A DNA stretch of 54,872 nucleotides from positions 62,001 through 116,872 of the forward strand of contig CAUYUJ010000207.1 in the NCBI GenBank assembly GCA_963575745.1, given 5' to 3'. Of the stretch, positions 40,101 to 52,681 are shown one piece after another; position 1 is the first letter of the stretch, and each line of letters begins with the position of its first letter. This DNA comes from Prorocentrum cordatum. Taxonomy: Eukaryota. A model generated the notes under the pieces. It made no database searches and was not told the DNA's origin. It saw only the letters and a program-made list of their open reading frames with translations. Position numbers and translations under genes: made by a program.

Positions 40101-41389
40101 AGGAGGGGCACACGTGGGCGAGGGTCCTCCTGCTCTTCGTCCTCAAACACTCCACTTCTCCTTCTCCTCCTGCCCCTCCTTCCCGTTCTGCCTTGGTCTT
40201 CGTCGCCGTCATGCTCCCGGAGTCTTCTCCCCTTGCTCGACCTCCGAACCACCCCCCTCATCCCCGTCGTCCGCCTGGAGGCCTCCGTTCTCAGGGAAAG
40301 GCTGTTTACAATGTGTTTCCGCAGCGTCTTCGGTAAAAATCATATCCGAAATCGTCGCCCAACCTTCGGCATCTCATTGTGAGCTGGGAGTCTGGGGAAC
40401 CTGAGCGCGCGCGAAGCATACGCGATCTTTCTAATGTGTTTATATATAGGTATACATATAATTACATGTATATGTATACGCATAGGTCCATGCATACGTA
40501 CATGTATATGTATTTGCGTATGTATATGCACTTGCACACGTATATGTATATGTAGGTGTGTACGTATATGTAAATGTTCATGTGCATATGCATGTATATG
40601 TGTATACATACACATGTAGATGTATATACATATGGATATGACTATGTATATGTATAGGTATATATGTATATGTCTATGTATATGTAAATGTAAACGTATA
40701 TGTACATTTGCACGTGCATTTATACGTATATGCATATGTATACGTTCATGTGTGTATGTGTATGTTTTTGCGTATGGGTATGTGTAAATGTATGTGTATG
40801 TGTATGTTTATGTATATGGTGCATGTACATGTGTACGTGTATGTATACACAAAAATGTCTTTGCATGTGAATTCGTATATTATGTTTTGTACATGTAGTT
40901 GTATAAGCATGTGCGCATGTGTATGTGTATGTGCATGCGCATGTACATACATATAATATATATATATATGCATGTGTATACGTATATGCATGCGTATCTG
41001 CACATGGAGGTGGATATGCATATGCACACGCACATACATACGCATCTGTATTTGTGTAGGTATAGTCATGCGCATATGTATGGCTACAGGTATAGGTGTA
41101 CGATGTGTGCAGATATGTATATATATATATATATATGTATATAGGTATTTGTGTATTTATTTGTCTATGTGCACGTATCTGTAAATGTAAAGTATCTGTG
41201 TATGTAGATATGTGTAGATATTTGCGGACATATGTGGATATATATATATATAGCATGCATGTATATTTAAGCGTATATGCATACGTATACCTATATGTGT
41301 GTATGTGTAAGTGTTTGTACATGTACATGTGCCTGTGTATGTGTATATGTAGGTGCAGGTGTATGTGTATGTACATGTGCATGTATATG

Positions 41390-42393
41390 AGTTGTTTCCT
41401 CCCTTCTTTGAAGGCCAAAACAGCAGGTTCCAATAACTTTGTTTGACATCTTCTGGCAACTTTGGTGTGTACGAAGGAGTCCCAGAGGAAACAGGGATGT
41501 CGTTCGTGACAGCGTCGGCCTGCCCCGTGTGGTTGGTTGTGGCAGGTCCTGAAGAGGATGGCCAACCACACGCCGAAACGCTGAGGGCGGACTGGACCAG
41601 GGGTGCCCGAATAGTTGGGCATACTCAGTCCGAGACCAAAGGAGGATCCCAAGACCAAGATAATGCCGATTATATTGCAATCGTGTTGACATGCAGTTGC
41701 TTTAAGAATCCTTCCATTCCGAGTTGACACGATGTTGCACTTGTTGTGATATGACAGGCAAATAACGGGTTACCAGCCGAAGCTCTCCAGGAGCTCGTCT
41801 TCGGCGGCGCAGCCTTTTTCCCATCAGTCAGAGAGATTCCGGCATGCCTGCGCGTGTTGCAGAGAGATTCCGGCATGCCTGCTGTGAAGTCGGCTCCGCC
41901 GTCTTGTGCTCCAGTCAGTGCTCTGGTCACGGGGGCGGGGGGTCAGACATTCAAAGAAAAAGGGGGCACCTGCAGCCAGTCCGCCCGGTGCCGACGGTGT
42001 CACGAAAGAGGGGGCAGTTGTTCCCTCCCTTCTTTGAAGGCCAAAACAGCAGGTTCCAATCACTTTGCTTGACATCTTCTGGCAACTTTGGTGTGTACGA
42101 AGGAGTCCCAGAGGAAACAGGGATGTCGTTCGTGACAGCGTCGGCCTGCCCCGTGTGGTTGGTTGTGGCAGGTCCTGAAGAGGATGGCCAACCACACGCC
42201 GAAACGCTGAGGGCGAACTGGACCAGGGGTGCCCGAATAGTTGGGCATACTCAGTCCGAGACCAAGGGAGGATCCCAAGACCAATATAATGCCGATTCTA
42301 TTGCAATCGTGTTGACATATAGTTGATTTAAGAATCCTTCCATTCAGAATTGACGCGATGTTGCAGTTGTTGTGATATGACAGGCATATAACG
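41390..42393 (+). repeat. pair of ~375 bp direct repeats, period 626 bp
   Basis: 41390-41767 and 42016-42393 are near-identical complex sequence separated by a ~250 bp spacer. Confidence 0.92.
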
Positions 42394-43594
42394 ATATGTG
42401 CATGCACATGTATGCATGTATGTATGTATGCATGGTTGTATGTATGTATGTATATATGTATATGTAGACGTACATGTACGCATGCACATCTCTGTATATG
42501 GTTGTATATGTATGTATGTGTTCGCATATAATTATGGACACACATGATTATCTCTGTATGTATGGTTATGTGTATGTATATGTGTATGTATATATGCATG
42601 CATGTTTGTATGTATGCGTACACACATAAGGTGCAACTTTATCTTGCACCGCATAGATTGCACAACATAAGTGACACCACACCTGTTGCTAGACACGCAT
42701 TGTTACCGGGGGGGGAGCCGCGCCAACGTGAGCACAGCCTTAGTCACTAGGGCTTTCGGTGAAGTTGAACGGAGGCGCTCTCCCTGGGTGATTGGCCGCA
42801 ACCCGCTAGATTGTAGCCGCACTATGAACCTACAGGTTCTCCAGAGGGGGCCAGGAATCCTTTCGGTGGCGTTCTGTGGAACCGCAGAGTGGAACGCACG
42901 CAGGACACATTATCATCAGAAACTGCGCGGGGCTTTGGTCCAGCTGCCCGCACGGACCAGCCAGGGCCACGCTGATGACCGACCATTGATGCACGGCTCT
43001 CATGATTCAAGTGATCAAGTGCAGCCCGAAGGCCGCATACCATGTTGTTTCGCAGCATGTTGGCTGTAAAGAAAGGGGCAACAACCGCCCACATGTCATC
43101 ATCGAGGACGGTGCTGCATTCAGCCCAAACCGATTGGAACGTCAGGGGAATTGAGGCAATCCAACCGTTTCGTTTGCCAGGTCATTATTAACGGGCTTTA
43201 AGAGTTGTGCAGCCCAGTTGAGCAGGACATGTTCTTCCAACGGGGGGTCGATTCGTCGACATGGTATGCGACAGGGACATTCAAGACTGCCCAGCGTTTT
43301 TGGTTAGGAACGTGACTATGGCATGCTACCCCGCGACGTAATTACACGTGAACCTTGTGATGACATCAGTACACATGAGTGGGGCAAGGGAGCCAGCAAC
43401 CTCGCCACTGGTAACATCAGCGATGCGCCACTATGCATCAGTCATGTAGGATATTGCCGGAACTAACACGGGAGATGTGACATACTGTTGCCATACAGCA
43501 TCGCGGTCCATTGTTCAAGCAACGCGCATGTGTCTGATGTAGAATAGTGCTGCCATCTTGAGTATTAGTTATCGAAGAAGTCTACGGCGAATCA

Positions 43595-44062
43595 CCGCCG
43601 CCCCCTGCCTTTAGGAATGGCCCAGGTGGCCGAGCGTTGTGGCAAAAGCTCTGCCAAGCTATCGGACCATGTGTTCCCCCCCAACCGTTGTGGAAACTCT
43701 TCGGGGAAACTTGGGGGGAGGATGGCGGGGAAGATCAGGGTGATGATGACAATGAGGATGATGAGGATGATGATGGTGACGACGACGATGATGATGATGA
43801 TGATGATGATGTTGATTATCAGGATGAGGATGAGGACGCGTATGAGGATGAGGATGATGATATTGATGCTGATGCTGATGATGACTATGATGATGACGGT
43901 GGTGGTGGTGGTGGTGATGATGATGATGCGGATTATGATAGAACTGACGATGATGATGACGCTGCTTCTGCTGATGATGCTGGTGACGATGATGATGAGG
44001 AGGATGATGATGATGATGACGATGTTGCTGATGATGATAGTAACGATGCTGATGCTGAGGAA

Positions 44063-44118
<56 letters not shown>

Positions 44119-44839
44119 GTATGATGATGATGCAGCTGATGATTCTGATGATGATGCTATTGATGATGATACTGATGATGATGTTGATTATGATGCTAAT
44201 GACGATCATGATGATGCTGATGATGTTGATGATGATGATGCTGCTGATGAGGATGATGCTGATGCTGCTGATGATGCTGCGGCTTAAACAATGATGACGA
44301 CGTTGAAGATGATGCTGCTGCCGAAGATGATGATGCTGATGATGATGACGATGATGACGATAATGCTGATGATGATGTTGGTAATGATGCTGATGATGCT
44401 GACGATTATGATGATGCTGCTGATGCTGATTATGTTATAATGACGATGATGATGCTGATGATGATGATGATGATGATGGTGATGCTGATGACGATGATGC
44501 TGATGATGATGCTGATGCTGATGCTAATGCTGCTGCTGCTAATGATGATGATGATTATGCTGATGGTGATGATGATGGATGATGATGATGATGCTGATGA
44601 TGATGAGTATGAGTATGATGATGATGCTGATGCTGATGATGATGAACATGAGGATGATGATGATGCTGATGATGATGCTGATGATGATGATGATGCTGAT
44701 GCTGATGATGATGAGGGTTATGAGGATGATGAGGACGCTGATGATGATGATGCTGATGATGATGATGATGCTGATGGTGCTGATGATGATGATGATGCTG
44801 ATGATGATGATGATGATGATGATTGTGGTGGTGGTGATG

Positions 44840-44871
<32 letters not shown>

Positions 44872-44972
44872 GATGATGCTGATGATGATGATGCTGCTGA
44901 TGATGATGACGATGATGATGACGATGATGATGATGATGATGCTGATGATGATGCTGATGATGATGCTGCTGC

Positions 44973-45046
<74 letters not shown>

Positions 45047-45076
45047 TGTGATGATGATGCTGATGATGATGATGAT

Positions 45077-45113
<37 letters not shown>

Positions 45114-48100
45114 GATGATGATGATGATGATGATGATGATGATATGATGAGGATGATGATGTGATGATGATGATGATGATGATGATGAATGATGATGATG
45201 ATTATGATGAGTGAGGAGGGATGATGATGAGAGGATGAGGAGGAGGAGGAGGAGGAGGAGGTGAGGAGGAGGAGGAGAGGAGAGGAGGAGGAGGAGGAGG
45301 AGGAGGAGGAGGAGGAGGAGGAAAGGAGGAGCATTAGCAGGAAGAGGAGCAGCAGGAGGAGGAGGAGGAGGAGGAGGAGGAGGAGGAGGAGGAGGAGGAG
45401 GAGGAGGAAGAAGTGGAGGAGGAGGCATCTTGGAAGCCTCTGAGGCACTCTTGGGACCTCCTGGGAGCTTCCTGAGAGCCTCTTGAAGGTATCTTGGGGG
45501 CCTCCTTGGGCCTTTTCGGGGCCTTCGGGGGCTTCTCGGAGGCCTCTTTGTCCGTCTTAGGACATTCCTCGTCCGCCTGACGCAGTCGGACGCCGTCTTG
45601 GGGGCCTCTCGGCCTCTCTGGGCCGACTTGGGGCCCTCTTGGGGTGCTCCAGGGCCGTCTTGTAGGCCATCTTGGGCGTCTTGGAGGCCTCTTGGGCCGT
45701 CTTAGGGCCCTCGTGGGGCCGTCTTGGGGGCCTTTTGGGCCGCTCTGGGGCCATCTTGGAGGCCTCATGGGCGATGTTGGGGGGGGGGGGAACTCTTGGG
45801 CCGTCTCGGGCCGTCGAAGGGCCGAAAAGAAGCAAATGCCCACATCCTTCAAACACCAAAAGAATATCAATGGATTTAGCCTCTTCGGGCCTTCTGGAGG
45901 CCCTCTTGGCGGCCTCTTGGGCCGTCTTGGAGACCTCTTGGGGGCCTCTCGGGCCGTCTTGGGCCATCTTAGAGCCATCTTGGGCCGTCTTGGTGGGGTC
46001 CTGGTCCGCCTGACGCCGTCGGAAGTCGCTTTGGGAGCCTCTCTGGTTCGACTTGGGGCCCTCTCGGGGTGCTCCAGGGTCCTCTTGGAGGCCATCTTGG
46101 GCGTCTTGGATGCCTCTTGGACCGTCTTGGGGCCTTCGTGGGGCCGTCTGAGGGACATATGTGGCGGCTCTAGGGCCGTCTTGGAGGCCTCTTGGGCGAT
46201 CTTGGGGCGATCTTTGGGGGCTCTTGGGCTGTCTCGGGCCATCGGAAGGCCGAAAAGTAGCAAATGCCCAAATCCTTCAAACACCTTAGGAAAATCAAGG
46301 AATTTGGCCTCTACGGGCCTTCTGGAGGCCCTCTTGGCGGCCTCTTGGGCCGTCTTGGAGACCTCTTGGGGGCCTCTTGGGCCGTCTTGGGCCGTTTTGG
46401 TGGACTCCTGGCCCGTCTGACGCAGTCGGAAGTCGCCTTGGGAGCCGCTCTGGGCCGACTTGGGGCCCTCTTGGGGTGCTCCAGGGCCGTCTTGTAGGCC
46501 ATCTTGGGCGTCTTGGAGGCCTCTTGGGCCGTCTTAGGGCCCTCGTGGGGCCGTCTTGGGGGCCTTTTGGGCCGTTCTGAGGCCATCTTGGAGGCCTCTT
46601 GGGCGATCTTGGGGCGATCTTTGGAGGCTCTTGGGCCGTCTCGGGCCATCGGTAGCAAATGCCCAAATCCTTCAAACACCTGAGGAAAATCACTGATTTT
46701 GGTCTCGTCGGGCCTTCCTGGAGGACCTCAGGGAGGCCTCTTGGGGGCCTCTTGGGCCGTCTTGGAGGCTTCTTGGGCCGACTTGGAGGCATCTTGGACC
46801 CTCCTGGACCGTCGTGGAGGCCGTCTTGGACCATATTGGGCGAACTTGAAGGCTATCTCGGGCCATCTGAGCCGTCTTGGAGGCCGTCTAGGGCCATCTT
46901 GGAGCGGGAAAGGCATTGACCCGAAGGTTTTTTCGTGGACGTTGAGGTCGTTTCTAGGCCTTGTGCGCCCTTCCGGGTGGCCGGCGGGCTGGGCCGGAGC
47001 CCCAGGGGGAGCTTTTTTGGAAAAGAACCCAAACCAACAAAGGTAGCGTCTAGCATGTTGGGGGGCACCCCTGTGACAAGCACAGGGGGCGGCGGATCGG
47101 AGACGCCTACGGCGAATCACCGCCGCCCCCTGCCCCTTTGGAAGCGCCTCTGTGGCCGACACCTGGGCCAGAGCTTGGCCAAGCTATCGGGCCAGTTGTT
47201 CCCCGAGTCGATTTGGAAAGACTTCGGGGAACGCATGGGGAGCAAGAAAAGGAGGAGGGGGAGGATGAGGAAAAATGAGGAGGAAGGAGGAGGAGGAGGA
47301 GGAGAGGAGGAAGGAGGAGGAGGAGGAGGTGGAGGATGGGGAGGGAGGAGGAGGGGAGGAGGAGAGGAGGAGGAGGAGGAGGAGGAGGAGGTGGTCGGTG
47401 GTGGGGTGGGAGGATGAGGAGGAGGAAGGAGGAGAAGATGAGGAGGAGGAGGAGGAGGGGAGGTAGGAGGAGGAGGAGGAGGAGGAGGAGGAGGAAGGAG
47501 AGGAGGAGGAGGAGGAGGAGGAGGAGGAGGAGGAGGAGGCCTCTCGGGCGCCTCTTGGGGCACTCTTGGGGCCTCCTGGGAGCTTCCGGGGGGCCTCTTG
47601 GAGGGTTTTGGGTTGCCTTTGGGGGCTTCTTGGGGGCCTGTTTGGCCGTCTTATGGCGTTACTGGCTTGTCTGACGCCGTCGGAAGCCGTCTTGGGGGCC
47701 TGTCTGGGTCGTCTTGGGGTCCTCTTGGGGCATATCAGGGGTTCTTAGAGGCCATCTTGGGCGTCTCGGAGGCCTCTTGGGTCGTTTTGGGGCCCTCTTG
47801 GGGCAGTCTTGGGGGCCTTTTGGGCTATCATGGGGCCACCTTGGAGGCCTCTTGGGCGATCTTGGGGGCCTCTTGCGCCGTCTTGAGCCGTCGGAATGCC
47901 GAGAAGAAGCAACCGCCAAAATCTTTCAAAAACCTTATGACAATCAATGATTTGGCCTCTTCGTGCCCTCCTGGAAGACCTCCTGGACGCCTTTTGGGCC
48001 GTCTTGGAGGCCTCTTGGGGGCCATCTTAGCCGTCTTGGAGGCCTCTTAGGCTCTCTTGGGGCCGTCTTGGGGGCCTCTTGGGCGGTCATCGGGCCATCT

Positions 48101-51100
48101 TGGAGGCCTCGTGGGCGATCTTGGGGGCCTCTTGGGCCGTCTTGAGCCGTCGGAAGGCCGAAAAGGCGAAACTGCCAAAATCCTTCAAAAACCAATGGAA
48201 CATCAATGATTTTAGTCTCTTCGGGCCCTCCTGGAGGACCTCTTGGAGGCCTCTTGGGCCGTCTTGGAGGCCTCTTGGGGGCCTCTTGGGCCGTCTCGGG
48301 CCATCTGGAGGCCGTCTCAGGCTGTCTTGGGTGCATCTTGAGCCGTCTTGGAGGCATCTTGGGGCCATCTTGGCCGTCGTGGTGGCATCTCGGGCGTCTT
48401 GGAGGCCTCTTGGGCCGTCTTGGGGCCCTCTTGGGGGCATCTTGGGGGCCTCTTGGGCCTGGGGCCATCTTGGAAACCTCTTGGGCGATCTTGGGGCGAT
48501 CTCGGGGGCCTCTTGGGCCGTCGGATGGCCGAAAAGGCGAAAATGCCAAACTCTTTCAAAAACCTAAGGAAAATCAATGATTTTGGCTTCTTTGGGCCTT
48601 CCTGAAGGACCTCTTTGAGGCCTCTTAGGCTGTCTTGGAGACCTCTTAGGGGGCTCTTGGGCCGTCTTGGGCCATCTTGAGGCTATCTTAGGCCGTCTTG
48701 GATGCATCGTGGGCCGTCTGGGAGACATTTTGGGGCCATCTTGGCCGTCTGAGAGGCATCTTGGAGGCCATCTTGGGCCATCTTAAGGGGAACATTGGGG
48801 ACTTGTGCTCCTTGAGGTCCTGTCCGGATGGCCGGCGGGAATGGCCAAAGCCCCAGGGGGAGTTCTTCTGGAAAAGGAACCAAAACCGAAGGGTCCAGCA
48901 CGCCAGGCACCCCTGCGATGAATCGATAGGGGGCGGCGGATTCATCGAAAACGCCTACGGCGAATCACCGCCGCCCCTGCCTTTTTGGAAGCGCCTATGT
49001 GGCCGAACGTTGAGGCCAGACCTGCCAAGCTATCGGACCATATGTTCCTCGAATCGGTTTGGAAAGCCTTCGGGGAACACGTGGGCATCTTGAAGGTCAT
49101 CTTGGTCGTCTAGAGGCCATTTTGACCCTTTCGGGCCTTCTTGGAGGACGTCTTGGAGGCCTCTTGGGCCGTCTTGGAGGCCATCTTGAACGTTTTGGAG
49201 GCCTCTTGGGCCGTCTTGGGGGCCTCTTGGGGCCGTCTTGGGCGATCTTTGGGGGCACTTGGGCCGTCTCGGGCAGTCGGAAGGCCGAAAAAAAGCAAAT
49301 GCCACAATCCTTCAAAAACTCAGGGGAAATCAATGATTTTGGCCTTTTCGGGCCTTCCTGGAGGCCCTCTTGGAGGCCTCTTGGGCCGTCTTGGGCCATC
49401 TTGAGGCCGTCTTCGTCCGTCTTGGTGGGCTCCTGGTACGTCTGACGCCGTCGGGAGCCGTCTTGGGGGTCTCTCTGGGCCGACTTGGGACCCTCTTTGG
49501 GCGCTTCAGGGCCGTCTTGGAGGCCATCTTCGGCGTCTTGGAGGCCTCTTGGGTCGACTTGGGGCCCTCTTGGGGCCGTTTTGGGGGCCTCTTGGGCCGT
49601 CAAGGGGCCATCGTGAAGGCCTCTTGGGCGATCTTCGGGCGATCTTGGGGGCCTCTTGGGCCGCCAGAAGGCCGAAAATGCGCAAATGCCACAATCCTTG
49701 AAACACCTACGGAATATCAATGAGTTGGGCCTCTGCGAGCCTTCCTGGAGGACCTCTTGGAGGCCTCTTGGGCCATCTTGGAGGCCTCTTGTGGGCCTCT
49801 TCGGCCGTCTTGGGCCATCTTGAGGCCATCTAAGGCCGTCTTGGATGCATATTGGGCCGTCTTGGAGGCATCTTGGGGCCATCGTAGCCGTCTTGGAGGC
49901 CATCTTGGTCGTGTTCGAGACATTTTGGAGGCCATCTTGGGCCATCTTGGCCGTCTTCGAGGCCATCGAGAGCGTCTTGGAGGCCCCTTGGGCCGTCTTG
50001 GGGCCCTCTTGGGCCGTTATGAGGCCATCTTGGAAGCCTCTTGGGCGATTTTCGTTCGACGTTGGGGGCCTCTTGGGCTGTCTTGGGCCGTCCGAAAGCC
50101 GAAAAGGCGCAAATGCCAAATTCCTTCAAAAACCAATGGAACATCAATGATTTTAGTCTCTTCGGGCCCTCCTGGAGGACCTCTTGGAGGCCTCTTGGGC
50201 CGTCTTGGAGGCCTCTTGGGGGCCTCTTGGGCCGTCTCGGGCCATCTGGAGGCCGTCTCAGGCTGTCTTGGGTGCATCTTGAGCCGTCTTGGAGGCATCT
50301 TGGGGCCATCTTGGGGCCGTTTTGGGGGCCTCTTGGGCCGTCAAGGGGCCATCGTGAAGGCCTCTTGGGCGATCTTCGGGCGACCTTGGGGGCCTCTTGG
50401 GCCGCCGGAAGGCCGAAAATGCGCAAATGCCACAATCCTTGAAACACCTACGGAAAATCAATGAGTTGGGCCTCTGCGAGCATTCCTGGAGGACCTCTTG
50501 GAGGCCTCTTGGGCCATCTTGGAGGCCTCTTGTGGGCCTTTTGGGCCCATCTATGTCCGTCTTGGGTGCATCTTGGGCCGTCTTGGAGGCATCTTGGGGC
50601 CATCTCAGCCATCTTGGAGGCGATCTTGGCCGTCTTGGAGGCATCTTGGAGGCCATCTTGGCCGTCTTGGAGGCCATCTTGGGCGTCTTGGAGGCCTCTT
50701 GGGCCGTCTTGGGGCCCTCTTGGGGCCGTCTTGGGGGCCTCTTGGGCCGTCACGGGGCTATCTTGGAGGTCTCTTGGGCGATCTTGGGGCGATCTTGGGG
50801 GTCTCTTGGGCCGTCTGGGGCCGTCGGAAAGCCTAAAAGGTGCAAATGACAAAATCCTTCAAAAACCATAAGAAAATCAATGATTTTCGCCTCTTCGGGC
50901 TTTCCTGGAGGACCTCTTGGAGGCCTCTTGGGCCGTGTGGGAGGCCTCTTGGGGGCCTCGTGGGCCGTTTTGGGCCATCTTCAGGCTATCTTAGGCCGTC
51001 TAGGGTACATCTGGGGCCGTCTTGGAGGCATCTTGGGGCCATCTCAGCCGTCTTGGAATCCATCTTGGCCGTCTTGGAGGCGTCTTGGCCGTCTTGGAGG

Positions 51101-51249
51101 CCATCTTGGGGCCGTCTGGGGCAGGAAAACCGTTTGCAACCGGGTCTTCGGGTGGCCGGCGGGACGCGCCGGAGCCCCAGGGGAGTTCTTTTGGAAGAAG
51201 AACCAAGGCACGCCAGGCACCCCTGCGATGAATCGACAGGGGGCGGCGG
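43595..51249 (+). repeat. three head-to-tail family G macro-units
   Basis: Units at 43595-47095, 47120-48939 and 48968-51249. Each starts CCGCCGCCCC(C)TG and ends (C)AGGGGGCGGCGG. Unit 1 contains (GAT)n at 43740-45240 plus (GAG)n; unit 2 contains (GAG)n. Confidence 0.9.
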
Positions 51250-52143
51250 TATCCCGCCACCGTGCTTGGGTTGTGGGCGCGAGGCGAAGTGGGAACATGA
51301 TCAGGAATGCGCGGCTTTTTAGTATGAGGGCCTCTTGTAGATCCATTCGAGACCTAACAAGGGGCCTCTTGTCGGCCTCCTAAGAGCTTCTTAGGAGTCT
51401 CTTGTTGGCCTCTTGGAGGCTTCTCGGGGTCCTCTTGAGGGCCTCTTGGGGGCCCCTGGAGGGTCTTGGGTCCATCTTGGAGGTGAGGCTTCCAATGGTT
51501 TGGCGGTAACGTGCTTTGTTTGCCCCGAGTCGTCTTGGGGGCCTGTTGGACCTATCTGGGGAGCTTGGGAGCCTTGGGGCAGTCTTGGGAGCCCCTCGGG
51601 CCGTCTTGGATTCTATTCAGACCGAAGAGGCGAGACCGTTTCAATCATACAGGACGCTCGGTTTTTTTCTATGATTTCGGGCTCCTGGGCCAGGCCCAGG
51701 ACATCCAGAACGGCCCAGCAAGCCCACCAGGCAGCTCCAGGACGGGCCCTCCGCGGGCGTGTTGCTTCCAGGGCCTCGGGAAAGGTCACGCGACGAACCC
51801 CAGAGGCGCCGAGCGGAGGTTATCAGCAGTACTCGCAGAATTCATTCTTGAGGGCAACTGAGGGTTCCGGGACCCTCGACTGAGTGCCTGCGACTCGGTG
51901 GCGGACTTCCATCGCACAGGAGCAAAGCACGGTCAATCATGCACTCGACTCTTGGCCAGGCCACGTGGTGCTGATGTGCAACTTGGCAGTCAGTCACGTT
52001 GAGAGCACAGGAAGATGGTATGGTGGATGACATCCATCACGCAGGCCCAGTGCTCGTACGGTGATCTCTGCCGATGCTCAGGCACAGGCCCCGCGAGGCA
52101 GAAGGCGACCCCTGTCGCTCCCACGCGCGCGGACTCCGCCCAG

Positions 52144-52221
52144 GAGACGGCGTACGTCAAGGAGGAGGTGGCCGGGAAGGCCGAGCCCAATGTTCGGCAA
52201 GTGCGCCGGGGCATTGAGATG
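52144..52221 (+). CDS. LSM3: LSm3 next exon (loop between Sm1 and Sm2 motifs)
   Basis: cAG|G acceptor (52142-52143), 78 nt in phase 0 encoding ETAYVKEEVAGKAEPNVRQVRRGIEM, then a GT donor (52222-52223). It has the same 26-residue span and ET...R.I.M frame as human LSm3 [26 protein letters not shown] (from memory), and its phase matches the previous exon. Confidence 0.7.
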
Positions 52222-52256
52222 GTCGGCCGGGGGGTTCTGGGGCAGGGGGGCACAGG

Positions 52257-52348
52257 TCGGGAGACTCTTCATGGGGGGGGATCCCATGGGGGGATAGGAT
52301 CCCAGGGGGAGGATCCCATGGGATCCCCCCCCATGGAGAGTCTCCCGA
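52257..52348. mobile_element. 92 bp hairpin MITE with 5 bp TSD
   Basis: Inverted arms of ~33 bp (TCGGGAGACTCTTCATGGGGGGGATCCCATGGG ... CCCATGGGATCCCCCCCCATGGAGAGTCTCCCGA). The direct repeat ACAGG lies at 52252-52256 and 52349-52353. Confidence 0.8.
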
Positions 52349-52505
52349 ACAGGCTCCGGCGGGGATGCATCGGCCCCCCCGTCGGCCGAGGAGGGGCCGA
52401 CGGCCACCCCGCCCAGGAAGGTGCAGATTCGCCGTCGGGGGCCCCTCGCCGATCTCTCGGCGACGCACCGCCGATTCCGGCTCGAGGTTTTTCCCCCTCC
52501 TGAAC

Positions 52506-52681
52506 TCACCACCCACCAAACCACCCCAACCCAACCCGAAGGCCCAAATTTATCCTCGATTTCCAGTGGGGGGGGGTCGGGGAACGTTGAAAAAACACAT
52601 GGTCCCCGTACCCCCCCCAACCCGAAATTCGGGTCAAATTCGTGCCTTCGGGTTGGGTTGGGGTGGTCTGGTAGGTAGTCA
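52506..52681. mobile_element. MITE X, copy 2
   Basis: Same TIRs and interior as 20007-20173 but in unrelated flanks; GAAC on both sides. Confidence 0.8.

Noticed and set aside
42630..43570. Unique ~900 bp stretch with a 132 aa ORF
   Set aside because: No recognisable domain or convincing splice-bounded exon.
45334..51383. Many overlapping ORFs with ASWAVLG / PRRPKRPP repeats
   Set aside because: They are products of the stop-poor GGCCTCTTGG satellite, overlap in all frames and are broken by frameshifts between units.
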